NCBI GenBank assembly: GCA_030295235.1
Contig: AP026136.1
Span: 1,116,001 to 1,180,000, forward strand
From: Fistulifera solaris
Taxonomy: Eukaryota
Length of the DNA: 64,000 nt
Reading direction: 5' to 3'
Part shown: piece after piece, positions 1-11,132 of the stretch
Position numbering within the stretch: position 1 is the stretch's first letter
Layout: every line of letters starts with the position of its first letter
Position numbers and translations under genes: made by a program
The notes under the pieces: generated by a model
Seen by the model: the letters and a program-made list of their open reading frames with translations, nothing else
The model's database searches: none
Told to the model about the DNA's origin: nothing

Positions 1-1
1 A

Positions 2-1213
2 AAGAATGGCCCCAAACCCCCCAAAGTTGAAGTTTCGACAGAGGTGGTAAATGATAACCGTGACGAATTTGGAACGACGCTTGTTTCCCTCTACGACAAG
101 TACGACTTGGATTGGGCTACTCTTTCCGACGCTGAATCCCCTCAAAGCAAATCGCTACTTTCTGTGACTGGTGCAGCGACATACGAAGGTATGGCGACTG
201 CCAAGAAGGTTCAGCGTTACGCTCTGGGTGTTTTCTACTATTCGACATTCATGCGCGCACATGCCGAGTGGACCGACCCTACCGATTGGGTGTCTTCTCA
301 TGGGTGGTTGACTTCCGCAGATGAGTGCGAATGGGAGGGTATTGTTTGCGATAGTGCAACTGGAAAAGTCACCGGTATTCTACTGTCCAAACATGCGCTC
401 TCTGGTTATCTTCCTCTCGAGCTTGCTCTTTTGGACCAATTGCAGGAGCTCGATCTCGCAAGTAACTTTATTCATATGACTGAAAGTGAGCACCATGGAC
501 TCCGTGTCTTTGGCATGCTCCCGAAGCTTGTCAAACTTCAAATGGACGACAACTACGTAATGACGGAAGGAACTGGTCTCCCCTCTAGCTTTTCGAAATT
601 GACCAATCTGGAGCGCCTGTCTATGTCTTACAATCTTTTACAGGGAAACATCGATGGTGCTGTCGTGTCACAGATGCAAAAGTTGACTCATTTGGAGATT
701 GAATCAAACTATCTTTCGGGAGAAATCCCTGTCGAGCTTGGTCAGCTTCCGAATCTCTTCTACCTTTACTTGCGCCGCAACGCACTCACTATCGACCTGA
801 CTGAACTTTTTGTAAACCAGGTCGGTTCGTACAAGGAGATCTTCTCTCTCTGGCTTGATGACAACATCATTTCTGGCACTATTCCACCGGCCATCGGCCG
901 CTTGACCGGACTAGCGAGTTTGAGCATTACGAACACGACACTTGGCGGTTCTATCCCTTCCGAGATCGGGAACCTCTTTGACTTGCAAAGGCTCTGGCTT
1001 TATTCGAATGATCTCACAGGCAAGCTTCCGGATACACTTTCAAGCTTGGTGAACCTTCAAGTCCTCGAGATCTATAACAATGAAATAACGGGAAAAGTAC
1101 CAGAAGCAGTCTGTAATGCCGTTCAAACCGCCGATTACGATTTCCGTTCGATGATGGTGGATTGCAGTATGATCGAGTGCCCCGTGGGTACTTGCTGTAC
1201 AGAGTGTTACTAA
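2..1213 (+). CDS. Leucine-rich repeat (LRR) protein, 5'-truncated by the window edge
   Basis: Frame is open from base 2. It has a Cys cap (ECEWEGIVC), many LxxLxLxxNxLxGxIP repeats and a C-terminal CxxxxCCxxC. Confidence 0.9.
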   Translation, partial: KNGPKPPKVEVSTEVVNDNRDEFGTTLVSLYDKYDLDWATLSDAESPQSKSLLSVTGAATYEGMATAKKVQRYALGVFYYSTFMRAHAEWTDPTDWVSSHGWLTSADECEWEGIVCDSATGKVTGILLSKHALSGYLPLELALLDQLQELDLASNFIHMTESEHHGLRVFGMLPKLVKLQMDDNYVMTEGTGLPSSFSKLTNLERLSMSYNLLQGNIDGAVVSQMQKLTHLEIESNYLSGEIPVELGQLPNLFYLYLRRNALTIDLTELFVNQVGSYKEIFSLWLDDNIISGTIPPAIGRLTGLASLSITNTTLGGSIPSEIGNLFDLQRLWLYSNDLTGKLPDTLSSLVNLQVLEIYNNEITGKVPEAVCNAVQTADYDFRSMMVDCSMIECPVGTCCTECY

Positions 1214-1334
1214 ATCGGCTCTGTTTGAAAAGCATATCAAATTTTAGTTTTTCTTTATAAACAATAAACTAATTATCAGGAAACAGCTGCTTGCTTTTGT
1301 TAGCTAGCGTGGACAGCTATCTCTTTGTTGCGAG

Positions 1335-2705
1335 CTAGAAAATGTTGTGTGTTGGTGTATGCAAGAAACGTCTACAACCATGACGCATCTGGTACCGGTA
1401 CTTCCTCTGGTGGAATCTCTCCGCGCCGCTGACTCTGTCCTCCTTTTGACGCCGAACAATGGGATACAAAATGTCTTTTGCAAATCGCTGTAAAATATAC
1501 CCGGAAAGACCCCAAACGACATCCGGACCACCCGTAAATATAGGGGCAAATCCATCTCGGTGGATCCACAAAGATCGATCTAATAAATTTGAAAGAGGCA
1601 CTGTGAATACTTGCGCTACTTCCTCTGCATTTGGCAGTAAATGCTCGGGCAGCTCACCCCAATAGCATACCACCGGAGTGACCTGGAGGTACCATTAAAG
1701 TGTGAGAATCGCCTTTTCACACGTTGTTATCTTGTATGACGCACGATTAATACAGCAGTGAATACTCACCGCAATGTTCACAAGATGTTGTATATCGCCC
1801 CAGTTACACCGTAAAACACCCAATACATCGACAGGTTCATCCGGTAATCCATTGATTTCTTCTTTCATCTCACGTAGGCACGTACTCACAATACTCGGAT
1901 CTTGAACATCACACACCATTCCACCCGGCAGAGCAACTTCATCGGGATATGATCGTAAATGCGACGCCCGCTTCTCCAATAAAATACAAGGGACTCCATC
2001 AACCGTGCAAAGCGCAATAACCACACCCGCTCGTTTATCATGCGCTTGCGTTACAGTACGCGGCATTCGCATAAGCGCCTTCCGTATCAACTCCAAGTTG
2101 TTCCGATGCAGCGATTGTGTAAGATCGAGAATCGGCGGTGATGGTGCCCCTTTGGATGGCGTTTTCGGTCCATATCTTCGCTCTAACACATACCTGGGAT
2201 GATAAACTCGTAAAAAGTCACGCAAAGCATCCCACTTTTCTTCATCACACAGCATGGCGGCATATTGAAGAGCATCTTCTCTATCACGGAGCGCCGAAGC
2301 AATCGCCTTGACGGTATAGTTTTCACACATAATGAGCATATCGGTGGCGGGATCGGCATGTAGCACCCCCAATCGCTGTTGCGGCATACTTCCTTGCAAC
2401 TCCTGAGCCTCCATTCGCTTGAAAAGACGAGGCAGCTCATCGCCGTCCTTCTTGACATTATCAACAACTCGTTCTTTCCAAAATTCGTAATTTCTTTTGT
2501 CTGTAGAGAGATGGGCCAGTTGATCCGGCCACACACCTTTCCATAATCTTTGTGCGGTGGGTGTAGAGTTGGAAACTTCCGGAGGTTTGTCGAGAGAGTG
2601 CGGAGTGTAACTGGTCGAAGAAGAACACCGGACGAATCTTGTGACAATTCGTTCCGGCAAAGCAAGCCGCCACATCGCGTGCGAACGTCGCATGAAAGGC
2701 ATCAT
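1335..2705 (-). CDS. Nudix hydrolase (CoA-diphosphatase NUDT7/NUDT8/PCD1-like) with long N-terminal extension; 2 exons
   Basis: LLEKRASHLRSYPDEVALPGG motif and Nudix box (CLREMKEEI). GT-AG intron 1683-1769 joins VNIA to VTPVVC in frame. C-terminal EVAQVFTVPL and VWGLSG motifs. N-terminus resembles a mitochondrial presequence. Confidence 0.85.
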
Positions 2706-3246
2706 GATGACTCAAACTATTTGATTGTGTTTCTTATCTTGTTCCTGACGATTGAGTGTCTATAAAATGTATTCGGTTGATCAACAACAACGCAGCACCA
2801 TGCAATCAGAAATAAAATAAAATTAGTGCGAGCGCATTATAAAGAAGCCGTTGTGAGTTGTGAGAAAAAGACATGTCTATGTCGTCATCAATCACAATGT
2901 ACAATGTCGACCCACTCATGACAGATTTATCTAGGAAGGTGCGGGAAAAAGTGTACATTCACGTAGGCCCACGAAGAGAAATGTACCAAGCAGAGGTGCG
3001 TTCCCGTGTCTCCCAGTCGTGGGTAAACACTGATCTTTGTTTGTGTTTTGGCTATTCTTCTACACTATTCAAGCTAGCGGTATCCACAAATTATGTGAGA
3101 AACGTGCTACTTGGTTCGTGACTCGACTCAAAGCGGAGCACGACCCTTTTCAATAAAAAAAAAAAGCACGAAACATTTTATAATTTGCTGCTTTGATTGC
3201 TCTTGTCGTTCAACATTTTTCAGCTTGACTGCGATAGATATACGCA

Positions 3247-4039
3247 ATGACTTTACCTTTCCTTCTTTTTTCTCTCGCATGGATAGCGCCAACGGCGTTG
3301 TCGACGTATATGCTGGAACTGACTCCCGGAACGCGAGAATGCTTTTACACCAAGTTACCCGGGAGAGCGACCATTGTTAGGTACGTAAAATGGTTCCCTT
3401 TCGCATCGCATCGACGCATAGAGACTCTTTTACTAGATAAAAAGATTGAGACGTGATATGTAATGACGTTCATCCTTACGTCTGCCTGTGTGATATTTTA
3501 TTACTTTTTTGCAGCGGTAATTACGATATCATCGATGACGACATACCGGGAGATTATTTGAGTGTCACATTGCAAAATACACTGGCCGAAGACGGCAAGC
3601 GATTGTGGCACAATGAACCGGGATCGACGGAGGGGATTTTTAGTTTAACGGTCGATCGTGGCCTTCGATTGGCCTTTTGTTTTGAATTTCGAGAAATCAG
3701 TGATGATGAAACAGAAACGATCGTCGAACAATTGTTGATTGGATGGAATATTCGAGTGCACGCAATACCAAGAGAGTTACCCGATGGGGAAAGTGGCCCT
3801 GATACTGAGCGGGCCCGGCGGTTGTTGGAGAAGGCAGTGAATATTGAAATGGATTGGTCCAACTTGATGGATCATTTTGCCTTTTGAGGAGTCGAGAAGC
3901 GGTGCACATGAAACTTACCTCCGACATATTAAATCGCATTATGGGATGGACACTCGTAGAAGCCTTTGTGGTGATGGCCATGGCTTTCTTGCAAGTCATG
4001 TACTGGAAAAAGTTCTTCGAGCAGAGGCGGTATCTTTAG
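3247..4039 (+). CDS. p24/emp24/TMED family GOLD-domain cargo receptor; 2 exons, one apparent indel
   Basis: Signal peptide and ELTPGTRECFY start of GOLD domain; intron 3381-3514; C-terminal TM then QVMYWKKFFEQRRYL. Frame break at the T-run 3882-3885. Confidence 0.9.
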
Positions 4040-4638
4040 ATAATGACTCCAAAGAGCAGAAGTATTATCAGTGTCAAACAGTTGGCCAATACAACTAGAA
4101 TTTATTCTAATGCGCTAATAACATTGTAAAAACTCCTGAATAGTCTCGCCTTCGAACAAAGGGTCGCGATGCACGATCTGCCCCGCGCACATTGGGCTCG
4201 AACTCTAGGGAACTCCTAGAGAGCCTTGCCTTGAGAAAGATTCGACACAAGTTAGCAAGGATAACGCCGCTTTTTTTTCAAATAATTTGTCTGTAATGGG
4301 TCACGACAATCGCTTATGCATAAAATCTACCTCGTGACTGAATCCAGTCTTGATAAAAAGCGGTCAACACTTTTGGACTATAGTCGAAATTGTAAAGTGC
4401 ACGAGCTCACGAAGAGGTTTCAGTGTCATTTCACAATTAACAAATGTGGATCTGCAGATTCATAACCAGATACTAATGAAAGGAAAAATCATTTCAGCAG
4501 CGAGAAAGACAACGTTAAAATTCTGGAGCAGGATGCTCATGACTCGCCGCTAATCCAGTCTGGAAAAGGTCGCTTACAGACAGAGGCTATAGTGAAAACT
4601 GAGGTGTTGCACGGAACATCGCATTATATTACTACGTA

Positions 4639-4768
4639 GGGAGACTTCCGTTAGGTCTCCAACCAGGGTGAACCTCTTCCGATAGCTCTCCCGTTAGGAG
4701 AGACGTTAACTGACTACATTCAACTTTACAGTAGAGTACGCGCCATTGGATGTGGTACTAATTACTTA
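4639..4768 (+). repeat. Left terminal inverted repeat of the MULE
   Basis: GGGAGACTTCCGTTAGG...GTACTAATTACTTA, compared base by base with the reverse complement of 10362-10491: no mismatch. Confidence 0.98.
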
Positions 4769-4937
4769 AAGGCCTTCCATCCATCATTAGTTCTACTTAG
4801 GTCACGCACAATAACCGCACAATCGTTCGCGTTGTGCGTTTGTTCCGTTCCGACTGCCGACAAGATGATCAGAACGCTGCATTCCTTATTGTCATAGTTG
4901 CCCTTCCGTTCCTACTGTTGCTCTTTTACAACATTAA

Positions 4938-7810
4938 CATGTCGATCATTGAAACGAAGGAGCGACGATCATTCGTCACGATTATGCAAAAATATGGGGC
5001 ACTTCCTCCAACCGGTCCGTATGATTTTGAAAAGTTTCTCTATGACAAACCGATCCCTGAGGATGATCACGAGGAGCTTCTCCGCAGCATCGCTTTTGTA
5101 ATGCGATCGAAAGCTCTTACGAGATGTCAGCAAGCACGGAGAAAGCCCTTGCTACGTGTGCACTTGCTGCAAAACGTTCTCACTTAAGTTCAAGGAAGAA
5201 AACGGCGAACTTCGATTGCTACACGACCATCCTAGTACTAACTTCAGGCACAGTTTGTTTTGCACTCCAACAAACGACCTCCCAAAGGACTGCCGCAGAA
5301 AATCAATGATAGTGCAGAACATTCCTGCTGTTCAAGACTTCTTCAAAACATGCTTCCAGGCACCAAACTTCGACAGTCATGCTACTCGCAAGAATCTCAA
5401 CGCCGTCCTCAGGAAAGAGGGTTTCGACATCGAAGTTGGCCCGACAATGCATTCAAATCTCAAGAAACACTTCCGTGAGGTCTACCCGAAAGGATTTGTT
5501 GATGTACAATGAGCTGTTGGCCCAGTATCTTCGGAAATATGTCGAGCTAAATCCAAATGCCTCCGTCAATTTAGAAACTGACCAGAACTCATGCTTTTTT
5601 CGGTCAACTGTGTTCATTGAGAATGCCGCGCACTTCTTTAGAAATGCCTGCATTCCTGCAATCTTTTAGACGGAACACACATCCGTATACCCCGAACACG
5701 ATGGAATTGGAGTCCCGATCATAGGGGTCGATGGAAATGGAAGTAACATTCCACTTGGTTTTGGGTTGATTCCCTCGGAAAACAAGCAAGGGATGATATA
5801 TATCCTTCTCATGATGTATCAAGCTGGGTTCAATTTCGAAGAGTTTCCAGTATTCACTGACCGAGGACACATTCTCGCCGCTGTCCGAGCGTTGGCAGAA
5901 CATTATGGACTGGTTGTTTCCGTGAAGTATTGCTTGATTCATATTCTTCAAACATTTACCATCTATTCAATATCAATCAACGATCGCTGAGAGGGCAGAG
6001 CGGTCGCTTGGTTTATGCGCGAGATGCAAAGCTCCAGATGTTAACGCCTTCTTGGATGCTGCGAAGAAGCTTGTCAAAGCGCTTCCACAAATTGAAGAAA
6101 ACGAAACTCTTAGTACCGGTGCGCGAATTGTTATCTATGTTCTTGGGACAATTCATCCTACTCATTGGACTGTGTTTGGAAATACACCGAGTCAACATGA
6201 ATCTATGTGGGAGCCCCTATATTTTACCTATCTAGCTGAAGTGAATGGCTTCACAGAGATAAGTGGAGACGTCGGCGAATGGAGGTGGTTGCTCAACGAT
6301 CACGTGCCAGTTGGAAACAAGTTCCCTTTATATGGTTTCTGTTCAACAAATCATGTCGAATCGGCCCAGCAGTGGCTTCTACATCATGAAGTGAGGACTA
6401 ATACCCCTCCACTAGCCATTTCTAACTTTTTGATGGCGGCTGCCGAATCTCTTCGACAATTTCGAGATGAAATAACAACCAAATCTGCTAGGTTCCTCAC
6501 CATATACTTTCGAAGCTTGCAAGATACAGGCAATGAAGATCTAGATTTTGTAATAGAGGATGCTGAAGGATGCCCCGATGGCAGTTTGAAATTCAAATTG
6601 TACGCTGAAAAGCACAAGAAGACGGAGTATGTTACTTATGAACCCACGAGCACTCCGTCCCTGTACTGCTCCTGCAGTAGAACAGCGATGCGGGAAATCT
6701 ACTGCGGCCACATCAACCTTGTTTCACGCATTACAAGATCCTCAACTTGGCCCTCAATCCCACCCTCTGTGTTTTCGCAATTCTACGAAGAGTTTGGAAA
6801 AGTTCCGACAAGTGGTGATCGCCGGCTTCCTTACAGAGTTTCTTAACAACTATCCGCTGACTTGACGTCCCGGGATTTGGGGATATCAAGCTTGCTTATC
6901 AATCAGAAAACATTTATCCATCACCAACTTACACTGACAAGCTTAACTCGGGGAACAGAATAATCAGTAATGGTGAACCGGGACCACGTAAGTCAAAGAA
7001 AAAGAAGCAATCGGGCGCTGGAATCAGCACGAATGACAAAGGAGTATGAGCCAAGTTCAAAGAACAAGCTCAGTCGAAATAACGATGCAATAGCAGAAGC
7101 GATTGCCGCCGATGGTCTGTTTGATTTTGGGACCAAACCAAAGGCGGAACACATGCAACAGCTAGAATCAACTCTTGGACGAACGAGACGGCAAGCCCTT
7201 ACCTCGGCACTGCTTTCACTGCAGATCACCGAATCACACAATTCGACAGTGTCTGGACTACCTCAAAGATGATCGAAGGTACATGGATCCTGCATTACTT
7301 GAAACTGGCGCAATTCTGGTCAACCATTTCCCAACATGCGTCATTGACATGGATGCAGGAATTACTTCTGAAGATTTGGACAACGATGATACCTCCGGAG
7401 GACATGGCCTTCACAATATTGACAAGATTGGCTTAGTAGAAGACTCTGATGCAGCCAATGCCATTGTCCAGTCACGGATTTTAAAGCTTACTGGAGAAGA
7501 CGCTGCAGAAATTCACGCTGAAGACGACAACGAAAATAACTATCTTCTGGATATGGACCTTGCTCCGTCAGGTAGTAACCGAGATATTGTAGTAATTATT
7601 CGTGACAAGGATTACACGGAAAGAAGAAGTCACGAACAAGAATTGACCATGGTTGATGATGTCGAGGTAGGCATCCATGACGATTCCCGTCTGAACAGTG
7701 CACACTCGGGTCATCTGTCGACAATTCTAGAGGATGAAGATGTGGAACCAAGCACCGCACATAATGCTTTTGCCTCAAGTCCCGCGAACAACAGAATATT
7801 CAGTAAATGA
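4938..7810 (+). CDS. MULE DDE transposase with SWIM finger and CCHC knuckle (split over several frames)
   Basis: LDGTH (D at 5669), GVDGNGSNIPLGFGLIPSEN, FTDRG (D at 5859), CLIH (CxxH), STNHVES (E at 6358), SWIM CSC...CGH (~6667-6711), knuckle CFHCRSPNHTIRQC (~7211-7252). End coordinate is arbitrary: the frame may run on into the protease. Confidence 0.92.
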
Positions 7811-9329
7811 AATGCCAACAACTAGAACAAAGAGGAGATCCAAACAAGTAACGAATTTAAAAGCGCAGAAGGCAAGTCCATCTACCGCAAAGTCATCGAT
7901 ATTGAAGACAGCGACCGCATCCAGACCGAATTTGAAACCACCGCCGACCACAACAGCTTGTGCTTCCAGTCCAGCAACAACAGATTTTTCATTAGTCAAA
8001 ATGGCAACGAGAAAGAGGAAAACGGCCGAAACAGCCACCAAATCAAAAAGCTGAAGGAACAAGTCCCGCCACAACTGATTCGTCAATCTTTGAGAGGCCG
8101 ACCATGAAGAGTCAAAATCTGAAGCCACCACCTGATATCAGAGCTCATGCCTTGACTATCGAGTCTTCAATGAATGAGAATACAACACAAAAAGGAAAAG
8201 ATCGAAACTGACAGCAAATTCCAGAGCCAAAGGCCCGACTCATGCCCGTGAAAAAGAAGTTGAAACCGCCACCGATTGCAGAAGCAAAAGCAGGAAGTCC
8301 CGCCACAGCAGTTTCTTCCATAGTTGAGATGCCAACTATGAAGAGGGGTAATCTGAGAGCACTGCCAAGATCTCATTCAAACAGTCCAACAACCGAAGTA
8401 TCACGATTCCTGAAGATATGATTATAAAGATACCGAAGACAGAACCCACTAATGCAAGTCCCGCCCACGTCTGCTAGTGACGATTCATCACATGTATTTA
8501 AAAGGCGATTAGACATCCAAAAGAAGAATGCAAGTCCCGCCAAATCCGGTAATCTCAGTGACGATTCGTCGCATTTCCTGAAAATGCCGCTAGATCTGCG
8601 AAGAAAGAACTTGGCACAAAATGAAGCGCTCTCAAGTTCATTTTCAGTGGGTATTCCGAAAACCAGAAGAACTCAGAGCTATAACAAGTCCCGCTACTGC
8701 CACTAGTGGGACCTCATCACAATTCTTGAGAACACCCTTCGACCTGAGACGTAAGATTGTAGATCCCAGAAATGAAAATCAATTTTCATTACGTCGACAA
8801 CAAGTAAGGCAAATTGGAGTAGCCCCTTTGCAACCCCCAGTCATTACTGATGAACCATCAAAGATCGTATCCTATTTTTACGACACAGCTTATCCATTTG
8901 TGGGAACCATTGAGCAATTAAATTGTTTGGTTCAAGAACACGAGTTTGATATTCCAGAATCATTTACGGAAACGGAAACAAATGATTTAACGATGAAAAG
9001 AAGGGCTTCAACCCGAAAACGCAAGGGCGCAAACCAGCGAGGACTTGTGAGTGAGAACAATATTGCAATCCACGCAGCGGAATACTCTTGCAGAGACAGC
9101 AAAAGGAAAGAAGTGGAATAGAATCATTTATCACTGTAGGGACAAGAAAGAATGGAAACGATCTGATTTACAACAAAGAAGATGCCAGGGGATCTCTTCG
9201 GTCACTCCTTTTTGCAATCCAGTGCAAAGGGCGTTGATAAAGGTCGCTGAGTCGTCACGACCTGAAGAGGGAAAGAAGCATCATATCAAGGTGCTAGAGT
9301 GGTGCCACGGCATCCATAACCAGTGAATG

Positions 9330-9994
9330 CCTTGAAATTATGAACTCGCAATGTTATTTCAATGACGATTGTGAACAGTTTCCTTGAAAGCATAACAAGC
9401 AAGACCGTGAACGGATGAGGGAGTTATTGCACACCCGTCGTATGTCATGAGTAATCTGTGGGATTCCGCCAACCAAAATATTAAGAGAGAGGGTAGACTG
9501 CAGCTTAGTTCAGCGTTTGTGGCATTGAATTCTATGACAAAATCGAACAATTTGGGCATTCATTTATTCCCTATGTGCAAGGAGAGGCACTGGTGGTTGA
9601 TGGTGGTTGATGCCGATAATCGAGTTATTTATTCGCTCGACTCCCTCGAAGATCCGGACGATCACTACTCTAATGCTGTCTGGCTTTCAGGTTTATTTAA
9701 ATTGCGTGCGGTGAGGCAGCAATTAGAATGCCGTCAACAAGCGAGCAGCAGGAATCAACATTACCCGATTTAGCTCCGTGGGAATACCAAGAAATGCGTC
9801 TTCCCAATAAACTATTGCAACATGATGGCCATAGTTGCGGACCATATGTATGTTTTTATGCGGCGACAATTCTGAAACATGGTCGACGTGCCCTCAATGA
9901 GAGGACATGGTTCCTTGACTCTATTTCGGAGATTGGAGTCGGAGATGATCTCCGACCTTTTGTATTTGATGTTATGTTTCAATTGGCTGAATGA
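9330..9994 (+). CDS. Ulp1/SENP-like (peptidase C48) cysteine protease domain inside the MULE
   Basis: LFPMCKERHWWLMVVD (His), YSLDSL (Asp) and QHDGHSCGPYV (oxyanion Gln, catalytic Cys) occur in family order. One frame break near 9770. Start approximate. Confidence 0.88.
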
Positions 9995-10109
9995 CACGTA
10001 TAGAGTAATGTGTGATATTAATCAACCAAGTCTAGTTTGAAACTGAAATTGTGTAGATTGGGTTTTGATTATTTACACGAAGTAGTTTTCGACGAAAGCC
10101 TTGATCGGT

Positions 10110-10268
10110 GGAAGGTCACGTAGGCTGGGTTTTTTCTTTATTGGAAGGTCGCGCTCGCTGCATCAGGGTCACGTAGGCTGGTTTTTCTTTATTGACAATT
10201 GAGAGCGGTCGCGCTCGCTGACTTTTTCTTTATCAAGAGCGGTCGCGCTCGCTGACTATTGTTTATTG
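10110..10268 (+). repeat. Subterminal direct repeats of the MULE
   Basis: GGTCACGTAGGCTGG at 10114 and 10167; GGTCGCGCTCGCTG at 10147, 10207 and 10241; most followed by a TTTTTCTTTAT-like tract. Confidence 0.9.
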
Positions 10269-10361
10269 AGGATTTGGTTATCTTAGAGGGGTGATTCATG
10301 AATCATCCGGGACTGTCATTCATAAGGCTTTGTTACTTTATCGAGCAACCTAAGTAGATTC

Positions 10362-10491
10362 TAAGTAATTAGTACCACATCCAATGGCGCGTACTCTACT
10401 GTAAAGTTGAATGTAGTCAGTTAACGTCTCTCCTAACGGGAGAGCTATCGGAAGAGGTTCACCCTGGTTGGAGACCTAACGGAAGTCTCCC
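10362..10491 (-). repeat. Right terminal inverted repeat of the MULE
   Basis: Exact reverse complement of 4639-4768, followed immediately by the TSD. Confidence 0.98.
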
Positions 10492-10564
10492 TACTACGTA
10501 TTTGATATGATTCGACGACAACAAAAAGAGCATTATATTATACTTGAAACAGACCATCGCACAA

Positions 10565-11047
10565 ATGGATGATTCGACAACCACCAACGAACCACAGTGG
10601 ATTCAGCATCTACCAGAAGCTCTGGGCATCCGCAAAGCCGTGCAACAGAGTAAATATCGATGGTGTGTACGAGAATCGGCCATGTGGGGGATTGCCACCG
10701 GTACGGCCATGTCGTTGCACCGACTTCGCATGCGATCGCCGTGGGCTATTAACGCCGGCTTTCTCAGTTTCTTTACCGTATATACTGGGTCGTATTATTT
10801 TTGTGTGAAACGACGCGACTATAAAGAACAAGTTATTGAAATGATGATGAAATTGAATTCGTTTCAAACTGCAGCGGATATGCCCGAGCCCGTGCCTGTC
10901 GATGAGAATCATCCGTTTGTTTCTCCCGAAGGTGATATCCCTGGAGAGCGACAATATGTCGCTAATTTACCGGAGCGAAAGGAATGGCAAAAGCAGCTTC
11001 CTACACAAGATGCGGCATCGATATTTGTAGAAGATAAAAGGAAATAG
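10565..11047 (+). CDS. COX20: Cytochrome c oxidase assembly factor COX20-like
   Basis: CVRESAMWGIATG...HRL, second TM ending YYFCVKRR: the two-TM, two-Cys layout of the Cox20/FAM36A family. Confidence 0.7.
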   Translation: MDDSTTTNEPQWIQHLPEALGIRKAVQQSKYRWCVRESAMWGIATGTAMSLHRLRMRSPWAINAGFLSFFTVYTGSYYFCVKRRDYKEQVIEMMMKLNSFQTAADMPEPVPVDENHPFVSPEGDIPGERQYVANLPERKEWQKQLPTQDAASIFVEDKRK

Positions 11048-11132
11048 TCGTTAAATGTGAGCGTGCAATCAAAAGGACGCAACAAGGCGAAATCTATTGT
11101 ACATAAGCATAGTGCTATCCTTTCTTCTTCCA

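Larger units (their letters stand above)
4639..10491 (+). mobile_element. Full-length Mutator-like DNA transposon (MULE) carrying a Ulp1-like protease
   Basis: 130-bp TIRs (4639-4768, 10362-10491) are exact reverse complements. 9-bp TSD TACTACGTA at 4630-4638 and 10492-10500. Termini GGG...CCC. Internal MULE transposase motifs. Confidence 0.97.

Noticed and set aside
4190..4260. tRNA or SINE suggested by GTTCGAGCCC on the minus strand
   Set aside because: No T-stem pairing, A-box or cloverleaf could be built.
10110..10268. CRISPR-like repeats near the transposon end
   Set aside because: Repeats are only 14-15 bp, of two types, irregularly spaced, and the intervening tracts are themselves repeated.
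4636..10494. Longer TIRs (133 bp) including flanking GTA/TAC
   Set aside because: The extra 3-bp match comes from the near-palindromic target; boundaries 4639/10491 give a perfect 9-bp TSD typical of MULEs.
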